From positions 1 through 64,000 of the IMG/VR virus record IMGVR_UViG_3300028182_000001: a DNA stretch of 64,000 nt. One strand, 5' to 3'. Both the position numbers and the translations under genes were made by a program. This document shows positions 33,738 through 44,599 of the stretch, one piece after another. Origin of the DNA: a virus. Position 1 is the stretch's first letter. Each line of letters begins with the position of its first letter. The notes below the pieces were generated by a model that saw only the letters and a list, made by a program, of their open reading frames with translations, was not told the DNA's origin and did not search any database.

Positions 33738-34046
33738 GTGAGCTATGTGAGTTTATTCAGCAAAGATACGAAATGGAAGAAAGCTAAACAACTTCTGAAC
33801 CACAACTACACATGGTTGGAAGTCATTAGCTACTATAAGTCACTAGGTGGTACCAATGTGTCCGTTTACTCTGTTATCGAAGGTGATAAACGGTTGATTG
33901 TAGATTTAACCGATGATGACCAAGTGCTTCTAGTAAACAAGCATAACGAGTTAGTCAAAGATACTTATGATAACGTATTGAACAGTCGTAAAGTATTTGA
34001 GTACCACGAAGACAACTCACGAAACCCCGTTGAATACAAAACATAA
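33738..34046 (+). CDS. conserved hypothetical protein upstream of portal
   Basis: 102 aa after TATATTA late-type motif. Confidence 0.7.
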   Translation: MSYVSLFSKDTKWKKAKQLLNHNYTWLEVISYYKSLGGTNVSVYSVIEGDKRLIVDLTDDDQVLLVNKHNELVKDTYDNVLNSRKVFEYHEDNSRNPVEYKT

Positions 34047-34072
34047 CTTGTAAATAAACTGAGGTGACATGA

Positions 34073-35749
34073 ATGAGTGTATTAGACTGGTTCAATAATC
34101 GAAGTAATGATATGCCACCTGAGAATATCAGAAAGGTAGACGACAACCTTCTACTGGCTATCAAACACTTAGAAGATGAACAGATACAGAAAAGTAAATC
34201 AAGCGGCCAAGGACGGGCTAAGGCATATGAGGAACCTCTTTTAGGTAGTATGTCGATGAACCCTGATTACAAAGAAGCTCCTTCGTCAAGAGGGAATCAT
34301 AACTTACTAGAGACATTGAAGTTATGGTCAAGAAAGAATATTATACTTAACGCAATTATTAATACTCGTGTAAACCAAGTATCGTTATTCTGTACTCCTG
34401 CTAGACATAGTGATAGAGGGATCGGATACGAGGTTCGATTAAAGAACCCGTTAGATAAACCAACTTCACATGACATTGCGAAGATGGAACGTATTGAAGA
34501 CTTCCTGCAACATACAGGTAAGAGTCACGATGATTTCACGAGAGATAATCTCCGAGCATTTGTAAAGAAACTTGTTCGAGATAGATTGGTATATGACAAG
34601 ATTAACTTCGAGCTTATCTACGATACAAAAGGTGAGTTAAACCGATTCAAAGCGGTCGATGCGTCTACTATCTATGTAGCCGTAGATGAGAAAGGTCATG
34701 AACCTAAAGGAAAGAATGTTGCCAAGTACGTACAGATTCTAGAGCGTAGAAAGGTAGCAGAATTTAAAGCAAAAGAAATGGCTTGGGAGGTACACAATCC
34801 GAGAACCGATATTACAGTCGGTCGCTACGGATATTCCGAGTTAGAGGTTGCTATGAACCACTTACAGTACCACGAAAATACAGAGCTATTCAATGCTAGG
34901 TACTTCGCACAAGGTGGTACTACACGAGGTCTATTACATATCAAAACTGGACAAGACCAATCAAACCAAGCGTTACAGGCATTTAGACGTGAATGGACCG
35001 CAATGTTCAGTGGGATCAATGGAGCTTGGAAGATTCCTGTAATCTCTGCCGAGGATGTTAATTTCGTTAACATGACTCAATCATCTAGAGATATGGAATT
35101 TGAGAAGTGGTTGAACTATTTAATTAACGTATGTTGCTCTATCTATGCTATTGACCCATCGGAGATTAACTTCCCTAACCGTGGGGGAGCTACAGGTAGT
35201 AGCGGTAACTCTCTAAACGAAGGTAGCACGAAAGAGAAACATCGTAGCTCTAAAGATAAAGGGTTAGAGCCTTTACTGAAGTTTATCGAAGATGCAATCA
35301 ACAAATATATCGTTGCACAATTTGGGGATCGTTACTTATTTAGTTTCGTTGGTGGGGATGTTCAAACAGAACGTGAGATTATCGAGATACTAGCAGCTAA
35401 AGCAGAAATCGGTCTAACAATTAACGATGTTCGTAATGAACTAGGTTTACCTCCTATCGAAGGTGGAGACATCATTCTAAATGGTGTTCACGTACAACGT
35501 CTAGGTCAAATCATGCAAGAAGAGATGATGAAACAACAAATGGCTATGACACCTAACGGACAAGTTCCAGGTAACAAGAAAGAGCAGACACCGAAGGAAG
35601 AGAAGTCCCAAGCAGAGCAAAAAGGGATGAACGGTAACTCTAGTAATGTTAACGGTAAAGGAACCCACAACAAAGGGGTAGGCAAAGACGGACAGGTTAA
35701 AGGTGCGAAGAATACAAACGCTTCAAAACAAGGCGGTAAAGGTAAATAA
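34073..35749 (+). CDS. portal protein
   Basis: 558 aa; YG.S.LE, F..GG..RGLL, DMEF, IDPSEINF; position before protease. Confidence 0.92.
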   Translation: MSVLDWFNNRSNDMPPENIRKVDDNLLLAIKHLEDEQIQKSKSSGQGRAKAYEEPLLGSMSMNPDYKEAPSSRGNHNLLETLKLWSRKNIILNAIINTRVNQVSLFCTPARHSDRGIGYEVRLKNPLDKPTSHDIAKMERIEDFLQHTGKSHDDFTRDNLRAFVKKLVRDRLVYDKINFELIYDTKGELNRFKAVDASTIYVAVDEKGHEPKGKNVAKYVQILERRKVAEFKAKEMAWEVHNPRTDITVGRYGYSELEVAMNHLQYHENTELFNARYFAQGGTTRGLLHIKTGQDQSNQALQAFRREWTAMFSGINGAWKIPVISAEDVNFVNMTQSSRDMEFEKWLNYLINVCCSIYAIDPSEINFPNRGGATGSSGNSLNEGSTKEKHRSSKDKGLEPLLKFIEDAINKYIVAQFGDRYLFSFVGGDVQTEREIIEILAAKAEIGLTINDVRNELGLPPIEGGDIILNGVHVQRLGQIMQEEMMKQQMAMTPNGQVPGNKKEQTPKEEKSQAEQKGMNGNSSNVNGKGTHNKGVGKDGQVKGAKNTNASKQGGKGK

Positions 35750-35770
35750 TCCTCAATTAAGTGGTACTTC

Positions 35771-35780
35771 TGTTATATTA
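35771..35780 (+). promoter_or_regulatory. late promoter core TGTTATATTA
   Basis: Matches the late motif known from Twort/K-like Herelleviridae. Confidence 0.65.
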
Positions 35781-35852
35781 ATAGCATCAAAACGTGCTTG
35801 TAAGGTCGGTATACTTTACAGGCGCATACCACTTAGAGGGGAGGATACCTAG

Positions 35853-36656
35853 ATGCAAGCTGTTAACCCCATAACAGGTAAAGTTAATTTATTCGTTCCT
35901 ATCGACATCGAAGAGTCTATCAGTAAGAGTAACGAAGACACAAGTAGTAAATCATGGTGCCTGAGAGGTTACGCTACAACGCCTGACCTTGACTTACAAG
36001 ACGACATTATTGATCCGAGAGGAATTGATATTAGTCATTTCATCACTCATGGGTATCTAAATTACGAACACTTCCAAGGTGAAGAATACAAGGTTGGTGT
36101 TCCTACTGAAGGTACACATGTAGATGATGTTGGTTTATTCGTAGAGGGTAAGCTATACAAAGATAATCCATATGCGAAGAGTATTTGGAATCTAGCTAAC
36201 AGTATTCAAAAATCAGGTATTGATAGAAAGATTGGATTCTCTATCGAAGGTTTTGCTAAATCTAGAGACAAAGCTGATCCACGGATTATTAAAAGTACAT
36301 ATATCACAAATGTGGCGGTTACAACAAGTCCTGCCAACCCGAATGCAGTATGGGATGCTTTCATGAAGAGTTGGCAAGTTGGGTACGCAATTACACCTGA
36401 AGAGAGTGTAGGAGTTGCTGCTATTAGTCCTGATAGTCTAGCACGAAGCTTATACAACTTATCTTGGTCATTGAAAGAAGAAGATGAATCTAAGTTTAAG
36501 GATGTATGGGGAGAAGTTGGTAACTACTTAGATGCAATGGAAAGATACACACCTGAGAGTGCGATCCTATTCTTACAGATTTCAAAAGGATACTCAAGGT
36601 CAGAAGCTAAAGAGAAGTTAGAACAACTATCTCAACAAGCTAAACAAAACATTTAA
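35853..36656 (+). CDS. prohead protease
   Basis: GYATT.DLD.Q.D, NYEH, GFSIEG, VAVT..PANP. Confidence 0.9.
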   Translation: MQAVNPITGKVNLFVPIDIEESISKSNEDTSSKSWCLRGYATTPDLDLQDDIIDPRGIDISHFITHGYLNYEHFQGEEYKVGVPTEGTHVDDVGLFVEGKLYKDNPYAKSIWNLANSIQKSGIDRKIGFSIEGFAKSRDKADPRIIKSTYITNVAVTTSPANPNAVWDAFMKSWQVGYAITPEESVGVAAISPDSLARSLYNLSWSLKEEDESKFKDVWGEVGNYLDAMERYTPESAILFLQISKGYSRSEAKEKLEQLSQQAKQNI

Positions 36657-36675
36657 ACTGAAGGGAGTTTAACTA

Positions 36676-37527
36676 ATGAGTGCGAAACAAACTTTTGCTA
36701 AATTAACTGAAGACTTGGAACAATTAGAAAAGTCTGACAAAGAAAAAGAGGTTACAATCGAGGAGCCGAAAGCACCTATCGAAGAACCTGAAGTGGTTGA
36801 ACCTGCTAAAGAGGAGCCAGTAGTGGAAGCACCTGTTAAAGAGGAAGAACCAAAAGAGGAGCCAAAGGAAGAACCAAAAGCTGAAGAACCTGTAAAAGAG
36901 GAACCTAAAGCTGAGGAGCCTAAAGAAGAACCAAAGGTTGAGCTAGTAGCAGAGCCTGTAGTAGAGGAGCCAAAAGAGGAGCCAGTTGCGAAATCTGAAG
37001 AAGGTATCGACACAGGTGACATCTTAAAAGCATTCCAAGCGATCCATAAATCGTTAGGTACTTTACCAAGTGAGCTTGCTGAAATTAAGGCATCTCTAGC
37101 TAGTGTTATTGAAGTGGTTAACTCTCTAGTTCAGGAAGAACAAGTTTCTAAATCTGAGCAACCTGCGGAAGAACCTACTACTGAAGAAGCAGAGGTTACT
37201 GAAGTTGAAGAAGAGGTAGCTAAATCTGAACAACCTGTAGAAGAGGAAGAAGAGTTAGAAGGTAAAGCAGTTGAGTTCGTTTCTAAGTCTAATGGTGTTC
37301 CTGAAGTACAAGTTACAGAGGAAGCAGAAGAAGAGGTAGAGGCAGAACCATTCAACCCACAAAACCACGTAGACGAGATTACACGCTATTACGCAGAGAA
37401 GTCTAGCACTCTATCACCAGGGGCTAAAGACAACTTACGTAGTGCCGTTCACCGTATAAAACGTGGACAACCTACTGATAACGATGTAAAACTTGCTGAA
37501 CAAATCGTTAATTTTTACGGAAATTAA
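36676..37527 (+). CDS. acidic scaffold-like protein (EEPK repeats)
   Basis: E/P/K-rich, repeated (V/A)KS sites, between protease and capsid. Confidence 0.7.
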   Translation: MSAKQTFAKLTEDLEQLEKSDKEKEVTIEEPKAPIEEPEVVEPAKEEPVVEAPVKEEEPKEEPKEEPKAEEPVKEEPKAEEPKEEPKVELVAEPVVEEPKEEPVAKSEEGIDTGDILKAFQAIHKSLGTLPSELAEIKASLASVIEVVNSLVQEEQVSKSEQPAEEPTTEEAEVTEVEEEVAKSEQPVEEEEELEGKAVEFVSKSNGVPEVQVTEEAEEEVEAEPFNPQNHVDEITRYYAEKSSTLSPGAKDNLRSAVHRIKRGQPTDNDVKLAEQIVNFYGN

Positions 37528-37544
37528 GAAAAGTAAGTATGAAG

Positions 37545-37554
37545 TGTTATATTA
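37545..37554 (+). promoter_or_regulatory. late promoter core TGTTATATTA
   Basis: Upstream of major capsid gene. Confidence 0.7.
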
Positions 37555-37691
37555 ACAACATGAAAGCCGAATAGAGCTTTTAACATAGACGGGTTCCTCC
37601 TCCTAGCCCGTCTGTGTTTATCCTTTTAGGTGGACAAACATAGGTAACTATTAAACTAAAAATAGATAAAACGAGAAAGGAAGATACATAC

Positions 37692-39134
37692 ATGGGTGCT
37701 GAATTAAATAAAGACAAACAAGTACAAGCAGAGCCTGAAGTACGTAAATTACCTCAAGCGGCTGAAGACAAAATTGCAGACTTACAAAAATCGTTTACGA
37801 CAGGAGTAGGCATCACACCTGATACACAGCTTGACGCTGCGGCTTTAAGACGTGAATACCTTGAAGACGAAGTTAAGATGTTAACTTGGGATAACTCAGA
37901 CTTCACGATTTACCCATTAATTGCTAAACAACAAATCTCTAACACAGTTGCAAAGTATGCAGTGTTCAACCAACACGGACGTACAGGGCATAGTCGTTTC
38001 GTTAGTGAGATTGGGGTAGCAAGCATCAACGATCCTAACATCCGTCAAAAGACTGTACAAATGAAGTTCATCTCAGACACTAAGCAACAATCTATCGCTG
38101 CTGGTCTAGTGAACAACATCTCTGACCCTATGACTATCCTTACAGAAGATGCTATCTCTGTAATTGCTAAGTCTATCGAGTGGGCAATTTTTTACGGAGA
38201 TGCGTCTCTATCTGCTGAAACAGATCAACAATCAGGTATCGAGTTCGATGGTTTACACAAACTTATCGACCAAAAAACGAACATCATTGACTTAAAAGGT
38301 CAGTCTCTATCTGAAGCAGTGCTTAACAAAGCGGCTGTAATCGTAGGTAAAGGTTACGGTAAAGCTACAGATGCGTTTATGCCGATTGGGGTGCAAGCAG
38401 AGTTCACGAATAACCTATTAGACCGTCAACGTGTAATTCAACCGTCTAACGCAGGTGGATTCTCAACTGGTTTCACTATCAACCAATTCTTATCAGCTCG
38501 TGGTGCTATCAACTTACACGGTTCTACTATCATGGAGAACGACAACGTATTAGTTGAAAACCGCTTACCGCAAGCAAACGCTCCACTTCCAGTTAAAACA
38601 CTTAAAGCAACTGTTAAAGCTGCTGACAAAGGTGGATTCACAACTGAAGATAAGAGCCTATCGTACAAAGTAGTAGTATTCTCTAACGAAGCTGAGTCTG
38701 TAGCTTCAGATGCTGTAACTGCGGCTCTAACTGATGCAACAAGTTCTGTAACGTTAGAAATCGAGTTACAACCTATCTACCAAGCTCAACCACAATTCGT
38801 AGTAGTTTACCGTCAAGGTGCTCAAACTGGACACTACTTCCAAATTGCACGTATCCCAGTGGCTAAAGCTAGTGACTTAAACGTAATCACATTCGTGGAT
38901 CGTAACGAAATCATCCCTGAAACAACTGATGTATTCGTTGGAGAAATGAACCAAAACGTTCTTAGCTTACTAGAGTTAATGCCAATGATGCGTCTACCAT
39001 TGGCGCAAATGAACGCTACATACACGTTCTCAGTACTATGGTACGGTGCTCTAGCATTATACGCTCCTAAAAAATGGGTACGTATCAAGAACGTTAAATA
39101 CATCCCTGCATTAGCAGCTGATGTGACTCTATAG
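37692..39134 (+). CDS. major capsid protein
   Basis: KS/FTTG.GITPDTQ..AAALRREYL typical of K/A511/Bastille capsids. Confidence 0.95.
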   Translation: MGAELNKDKQVQAEPEVRKLPQAAEDKIADLQKSFTTGVGITPDTQLDAAALRREYLEDEVKMLTWDNSDFTIYPLIAKQQISNTVAKYAVFNQHGRTGHSRFVSEIGVASINDPNIRQKTVQMKFISDTKQQSIAAGLVNNISDPMTILTEDAISVIAKSIEWAIFYGDASLSAETDQQSGIEFDGLHKLIDQKTNIIDLKGQSLSEAVLNKAAVIVGKGYGKATDAFMPIGVQAEFTNNLLDRQRVIQPSNAGGFSTGFTINQFLSARGAINLHGSTIMENDNVLVENRLPQANAPLPVKTLKATVKAADKGGFTTEDKSLSYKVVVFSNEAESVASDAVTAALTDATSSVTLEIELQPIYQAQPQFVVVYRQGAQTGHYFQIARIPVAKASDLNVITFVDRNEIIPETTDVFVGEMNQNVLSLLELMPMMRLPLAQMNATYTFSVLWYGALALYAPKKWVRIKNVKYIPALAADVTL

Positions 39135-39169
39135 TAGTTAGTACTACGAAAACTGAATAGAAAACTGAA

Positions 39170-39199
39170 TAGGGACAGACGAAAATTCTGTCCCTTTTT
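39170..39199 (+). terminator. intrinsic terminator
   Basis: AGGGACAGA/TCTGTCCCT plus T-tract. Confidence 0.85.
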
Positions 39200-39224
39200 A
39201 TTTTATTAGAATAGGAGAGATAGA

Positions 39225-39431
39225 ATGTTAACACATGATTATTTTAAAAACCACAAGGTAGCTACAGTCTACGGAGACATTAACTTCGATGAGAAGGGTG
39301 AGTCAGAAGACTTAACGTTAGAGCAACAAAAAGAGTTCGAATCACACCCAGGATTCAACTTCGTAGAGCCAAAGAAAGAAGTAAAGAAAGCTCCTGCAAA
39401 GGCTAAAGCTACGATTAAAAAAGAAGAATAG
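39225..39431 (+). CDS. hypothetical virion-associated protein
   Basis: 68 aa after capsid gene; K-rich tail. Confidence 0.7.
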   Translation: MLTHDYFKNHKVATVYGDINFDEKGESEDLTLEQQKEFESHPGFNFVEPKKEVKKAPAKAKATIKKEE

Positions 39432-39451
39432 AAAGGTAAAGGTGATTGGGT

Positions 39452-40327
39452 ATGATTAATAACCCATACGAAGGTAATCAGTATCAACACAACAACGAGA
39501 AGCTGATAGACCTTGACAAAGTAGATAGTTATAAACTAGCAGACTATGGTTTAACTGTAGACGCAGTAAAGATTAACCACTTTGGTATTGACGTTACAGA
39601 CCCACGAACTGGTGAATATCTACCTGACGCATTCTATATGGCTAAGATAGAGCAAGCGGTCGCACAGGTAGAGAAGCAGTTAGATATTGTTATCCTTCCT
39701 CGATTCGTAAAAGAACATCATGACTTCCATCGTAATGACTTCGAGAGCTTTATGTTCGTACAAGCTCATCGTAGACCGATCCTACAGATGGAAAAAATCG
39801 TACTAGAATATGGTGGAGGAACAATCTTTAACTACCCTACAAAGTGGTGGAGAGTTAATAAACTTCCTGGGCATATTGAAATGTTACCTACTCTTATGTC
39901 GTCCGATATGGGGCAAGGGTTAAACCTTTCTCACGCTTACTCAGGATACCCGATGATTACAGGTATTCCGAACTTAGCAGGAAACAATAACTACGCTCCT
40001 CAAATGTTCCATGTGGAATATATTGCAGGACTATTACCACCTAAGCGTAGTGGGGTAGCCGAGCCGTGGGAACTACACCCTGACTTATGGACACTAATCA
40101 TTAAGCACGCTCTAAAAGAAGTATTCCAACAGTGGGGCCGCCTAATCATTGGTGCAGGTATTGCGAACATGTCCATCTCTATTGATGGTGTATCGCAAAG
40201 TATTGATACAACTCAGTCTGCTATGTATGGTGGGGCTTCTGCCGATATCCTACAAATCGACCGAGACATCGAGGAACTAACAAAAGGCTTACGAGCTTAC
40301 TACGGAATGAACTTAGGAATTATTTAA
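39452..40327 (+). CDS. head completion/neck protein
   Basis: GRLIIGAGIA...IDG.S.S..TTQSAMYGGASA; synteny. Confidence 0.7.
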   Translation: MINNPYEGNQYQHNNEKLIDLDKVDSYKLADYGLTVDAVKINHFGIDVTDPRTGEYLPDAFYMAKIEQAVAQVEKQLDIVILPRFVKEHHDFHRNDFESFMFVQAHRRPILQMEKIVLEYGGGTIFNYPTKWWRVNKLPGHIEMLPTLMSSDMGQGLNLSHAYSGYPMITGIPNLAGNNNYAPQMFHVEYIAGLLPPKRSGVAEPWELHPDLWTLIIKHALKEVFQQWGRLIIGAGIANMSISIDGVSQSIDTTQSAMYGGASADILQIDRDIEELTKGLRAYYGMNLGII

Positions 40328-40340
40328 GGAGGGATAGACA

Positions 40341-41135
40341 ATGGCAGAGAAACCATCTATGCTCCAAACGATGTCTACGGCCGCGATCCGTACAGAGATG
40401 TTAGACATCCACGTTGACTCTATGTCCCTTCCTGCTCTTTGGGAGAAGTCGTATCTATGCCCTTGCCGAGATAAAGCGACACGACAACCGAACCAATCAT
40501 GTAAGGTATGTCATGGTCGTGGGATTGCATACCTACCTGGAACAAAGATAGGTATTATCGTCCAATCTCAAGAGAAGGGTGTATTCAACGGAGACTTGGG
40601 ATTAATGGACTCAGGAACTGCCATTGGTACTCCTGACCGAGATTACCAAGTAGCTTTCCGAGATAGACTTACGATCCTAGCTCCTGATTCTACTATCTCC
40701 CAATCTTTTATTTTCGATGTAACGTCACGTAGGGTAAAGAACGGATTCTACATGGTATACGATGTCAAGTCTATCGAACTTGTTAGAACGATGGAAGATG
40801 AACTAGTAGAAGGTACAGACTACACGTTTGACCGTGCTAAGAACCTGTTCTACCCTAAGGAACACTTAATGGGACAGAACGTATCTATGAACATTAAAAC
40901 GACTCTACGGTACCTTGTAGCCGACCTATTGAAGGAACATCGTTACGCAAGGGACACAGGTGGAAAGTTACAACGTCTACCACAGAAGCTATTGCTAAAA
41001 CGTGAGGACGTATTCATTGATAAGGAAGCATTCGAAATTGGAGTAGATAATAAAGAGCTTAGTCTAGAGATTGATGCGAAGAGTAAACCGAACCCTGATG
41101 GTCTGAACGGATTCTTTAGGAAGCGTGAAGGCTAA
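40341..41135 (+). CDS. neck protein
   Basis: LWEKS.LCPC...C..C.GRG; synteny. Confidence 0.65.
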   Translation: MAEKPSMLQTMSTAAIRTEMLDIHVDSMSLPALWEKSYLCPCRDKATRQPNQSCKVCHGRGIAYLPGTKIGIIVQSQEKGVFNGDLGLMDSGTAIGTPDRDYQVAFRDRLTILAPDSTISQSFIFDVTSRRVKNGFYMVYDVKSIELVRTMEDELVEGTDYTFDRAKNLFYPKEHLMGQNVSMNIKTTLRYLVADLLKEHRYARDTGGKLQRLPQKLLLKREDVFIDKEAFEIGVDNKELSLEIDAKSKPNPDGLNGFFRKREG

Positions 41136-41764
41136 TGGTTAGGAAGGCAAGACGACCTAGGTTATTTAAGAGTAACAACGCTATCAAAACAGCAATGACT
41201 AACCTAGGTGACAACCTTGCTCAAGACGTGTTAGACACAGGTATGAAAGCAGTTATAGATAGTAAACCGAAAAATGTTTCTGCTAAACGTATGCCGAAGT
41301 ACCTGCAACTAACAGAGGAACGGTTAGAAAAGTTAGAGGTCATCGACCTTAAACCATACTTCGCAAAAAGCTCTAAACGTAAGACAAAGAAAGACGGTGG
41401 ATGGTACTTAACGGTACCGATTAGACGTAAGGCTAGAGGGATGTCTAGACGGATGTATGAACAACTACGTGCAGTCGATATCGGTGATAGTCCTAAACAA
41501 ACAGTTGTATCGGATTATCTATACGACCGCAGAAGACAGTCTGACGCTTCTCTACTGAATTACACACCGAAGTCTAATAACATCACGAAGATGAAATCGG
41601 GAAGTAATAGACACGATTACGTAGCTTTCAGGACAGTCTCGGATAAGTCACCAGCAGGAAGTTGGATCATCAATCGTGACAAGGTTAACAAGGACGATAC
41701 GTCCAAAACATTCATTGCAAACGTTAACCGATTAATGAAGTGGAAGATGAAAAATGGTATGTAG
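41135..41764 (+). CDS. basic virion assembly protein
   Basis: GGWYL.VP, Y..FRTVS..S...SW; synteny. Confidence 0.65.
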   Translation: MVRKARRPRLFKSNNAIKTAMTNLGDNLAQDVLDTGMKAVIDSKPKNVSAKRMPKYLQLTEERLEKLEVIDLKPYFAKSSKRKTKKDGGWYLTVPIRRKARGMSRRMYEQLRAVDIGDSPKQTVVSDYLYDRRRQSDASLLNYTPKSNNITKMKSGSNRHDYVAFRTVSDKSPAGSWIINRDKVNKDDTSKTFIANVNRLMKWKMKNGM

Positions 41765-41790
41765 AAAGTTAGGAGGTGGACTACAATATG

Positions 41791-42645
41791 ATGCCTAGTA
41801 TCGACTCTTATTTATATAACGAAATAGAGGAGAAATTAAAAATTTTCCTTACGAACCGTTATATTATAGAGGAAATCTTAAAAGATATACAACCTCGTGT
41901 AGCAAATAACTTCATGAGAACGTATGCAGGGGATGACCCAGTTAGGGAGATTCCGATTGTATATACGATGCCACAAGATAAACAGACACAACAAGGAGCT
42001 ATCTATATCGGTCTACGAGAAGGAGTAGAATCGGACACAAGTATTGGTAATACCGAAGACACTTACTTGTTTAAAGAGGGAGCTTTAATCGAAGACGAGT
42101 CGTTAATCCACGTATCGGATGACAAGACACGACTGTACTTCGAAGTATCGAAACCGATTGGTGAGTTAGAAGTTGTGAGGGGCTTCGAGTTCTCCCGAGA
42201 AGACAACGTTACAGTCGAGGGTAACAGAGTATATTTTGACTACGATCCTGAACTTGCTAATATCCTAGACCCTTTTAAGGTAGTCTACATAGCCACAACA
42301 GGTGAAGAGGTTGGGTTAAAGCAAGGTTTCACTGCTACAGAGCAATATTCGGTGTTAGTTGTATCTACGAACATGGATACAGTAAGGTGCTTAGACATAG
42401 TGATTAAAGCTATCTTAATCCTAATGCGTAGTAACCCTGAAGAGTTAACGAACAACCTTCTACAAAGACTGCAATTCGGTCAGATAGAAGAAGTTAACTT
42501 AGGTAGGGAGAATGGCACTAACCCTGAGATTCTATACGGCAGAGAGACAATTGTAACATACAAAACTTCTTATAACCTAGATGCTCCGCTATTAGACAAG
42601 CTAGAGAAAATCATGGTTAACATGAAGGTAAAAGGAGGGAAATAG
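41791..42645 (+). CDS. tail completion/terminator-like protein
   Basis: AGGAGG RBS; synteny before sheath. Confidence 0.6.
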   Translation: MPSIDSYLYNEIEEKLKIFLTNRYIIEEILKDIQPRVANNFMRTYAGDDPVREIPIVYTMPQDKQTQQGAIYIGLREGVESDTSIGNTEDTYLFKEGALIEDESLIHVSDDKTRLYFEVSKPIGELEVVRGFEFSREDNVTVEGNRVYFDYDPELANILDPFKVVYIATTGEEVGLKQGFTATEQYSVLVVSTNMDTVRCLDIVIKAILILMRSNPEELTNNLLQRLQFGQIEEVNLGRENGTNPEILYGRETIVTYKTSYNLDAPLLDKLEKIMVNMKVKGGK

Positions 42646-42647
42646 CA

Positions 42648-42863
42648 ATGACTAAGGTTGAAAAAGAGGTTAAAAAAGCAACAGAGGTAGAACCAATTAA
42701 ACCGTATGTGCATGTAGACACATTCCTACAGAGTGCAGTCCCAATGTTTGGTATGAATAGTATGCAAGCAGCAGGATTCAAAGCTCTAATGAATGGTCGC
42801 CACTATCAAACGGACGAGACAGTTTTCCTCAATGAGCTTAAACAATATTTAGGTTTAGAATAA
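42648..42863 (+). CDS. hypothetical protein
   Basis: 71 aa before sheath. Confidence 0.7.
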   Translation: MTKVEKEVKKATEVEPIKPYVHVDTFLQSAVPMFGMNSMQAAGFKALMNGRHYQTDETVFLNELKQYLGLE

Positions 42864-42892
42864 CGCTAAAATAGAAAGGAAGATAAAACGCT

Positions 42893-44599
42893 ATGGTATC
42901 ATACGGACACGACAGAAAGCGTCCTCACACTGAGATTACTCTTAACGCTAGTGGTCTAGGATCAGCTAACGCAAGAAGTGAAAAACCTCTTGTACTAATC
43001 GGTTCTGCAACTGGTGGACAACCAAAAGTTCCAGTAGAATTAACGAACTTTGCACAGGCTAGAGACTTCTTCCGTGGTGGGGAACTATTAGACGCAATCG
43101 AGATGGCTTGGAACCCATCACCTAATACTCGTGGAGCAGGTAAAATCTACGCTATTCGAGCAGACGATGCAAAACAAGGAACAAAAACAAGCGGAGGATT
43201 AACAGTTACTTCTAAACTTTACGGTGCAGATGCAAACGAAATCCAGTACGCATTAGATGACAATACACTAACGCAATCTAAACGTTTTAGCGTGTACTTC
43301 ACAAAAGAACGTTACGAGCAAGTGTATGACAACATCGGTAACATTTTCTCTATCAAGTACAAAGGGGCACAGGCTTACGCTGGGGTTGAGGTTAAAGTAG
43401 ACGCTACATCTAAACTTGCAACACAGTTGATTTTAAAAGCAGGTGCAGATGCACAGGGTGCTACTGTAGTTCGTACTTATACGTTAGGAACTGGTGTATA
43501 CCAAAATGTTAACGTACTAATCAATGACATTAGTAACCTACCTGACTTTGAAGTAGTTACAAACTCTCTAGGTGGTAACAAAAACGTAGAGACTCAATTC
43601 TTAGACGTACTAACAGAGACTCCTATCAAGGCAACTGCTAAAATGTTAACTGCTATCGGGGCAGACCTAGTTAACCAAACTGACACTGACCCATACGTGA
43701 AGTTATCATACGATCCGAAAACTGCAATCCCTGCTACAATTCCAGTTACAAACTTAGCTGGTGGATCAACAACTGTACCTGGGGAATCTTGGGCAGAGTT
43801 ATTCACGGCAGTAGCAGACCTAGGAGCGTACTACATTGTACCTCTAACTGACAAAGAAGCTATTCACGGTGAACTATCTCAGTTCTTACGTGATGAGTCA
43901 GGCGCAGGAAACCAACTACGAGGATTCGTAGGTGGAGGTCTAAAAGATACATTCGACAAATTGAAAGCTCGTCAAGCAGGATTACGTAACCCTCGTGTTA
44001 GCTTAGTTGGTAACTCAGGAACTCGTAGAATGTCAGACGGTCGAGTATACAACTACCCTGCATACATGGGTGCTGCTCTAATCGGTGGTATCGCAAGTGG
44101 TATCGCAGTAGGGGAACCAGTTACATACAAGAAGTTAAATGTGGAAGCATTAGACATCAAGTTCACTGGCGACCAGTTAGACCAGTTAGACGGAGCAGGA
44201 GTAGTAATGGTAGAGTTCGTTCGTACTCGTGCAAGCTCTTACTTCCGTATCGTAAGTGACCCAACTACTTACAACACTGCTTCAGAGCCTGTACAAAACC
44301 GTGTATCTTTAGGAGAGGTTAGTGACTTCCTAACTACTGAGTTACGTACAATGTTAGACGAACAGTTCATCGGAACTCGTATCCGTAACACGTCTGCATC
44401 TATCATCAAGAACGCAGTTGAGTCTTTCCTAGACAACCAAAAGAATGTAGATGGTCTAATCGTAGACTACAACCCTGACGATGTACAAGTTGTTATCACA
44501 GGTAACTCTGCTCGTATCAACATCACTGTACAACCAGCTCGTGGTCTAGACGACATCACAGTAGGTATCAACTACGTAGACAACAAGATAACTGCTTAA
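42893..44599 (+). CDS. tail sheath protein
   Basis: 568 aa; RPH, F..GELLDAIE.AWNP, IK..VESFL; Herelleviridae sheath. Confidence 0.93.
   Translation: MVSYGHDRKRPHTEITLNASGLGSANARSEKPLVLIGSATGGQPKVPVELTNFAQARDFFRGGELLDAIEMAWNPSPNTRGAGKIYAIRADDAKQGTKTSGGLTVTSKLYGADANEIQYALDDNTLTQSKRFSVYFTKERYEQVYDNIGNIFSIKYKGAQAYAGVEVKVDATSKLATQLILKAGADAQGATVVRTYTLGTGVYQNVNVLINDISNLPDFEVVTNSLGGNKNVETQFLDVLTETPIKATAKMLTAIGADLVNQTDTDPYVKLSYDPKTAIPATIPVTNLAGGSTTVPGESWAELFTAVADLGAYYIVPLTDKEAIHGELSQFLRDESGAGNQLRGFVGGGLKDTFDKLKARQAGLRNPRVSLVGNSGTRRMSDGRVYNYPAYMGAALIGGIASGIAVGEPVTYKKLNVEALDIKFTGDQLDQLDGAGVVMVEFVRTRASSYFRIVSDPTTYNTASEPVQNRVSLGEVSDFLTTELRTMLDEQFIGTRIRNTSASIIKNAVESFLDNQKNVDGLIVDYNPDDVQVVITGNSARINITVQPARGLDDITVGINYVDNKITA

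Noticed and set aside
36760-36990. EEPK-coding repeats as a DNA repeat element
   Set aside because: Synonymous variation shows protein-level low complexity in the scaffold
39132-39171. Capsid stop read-through, and GAAAACTGAATA tandem duplication
   Set aside because: Double TAG stop followed by a terminator; the 12-bp duplication has no supportable function
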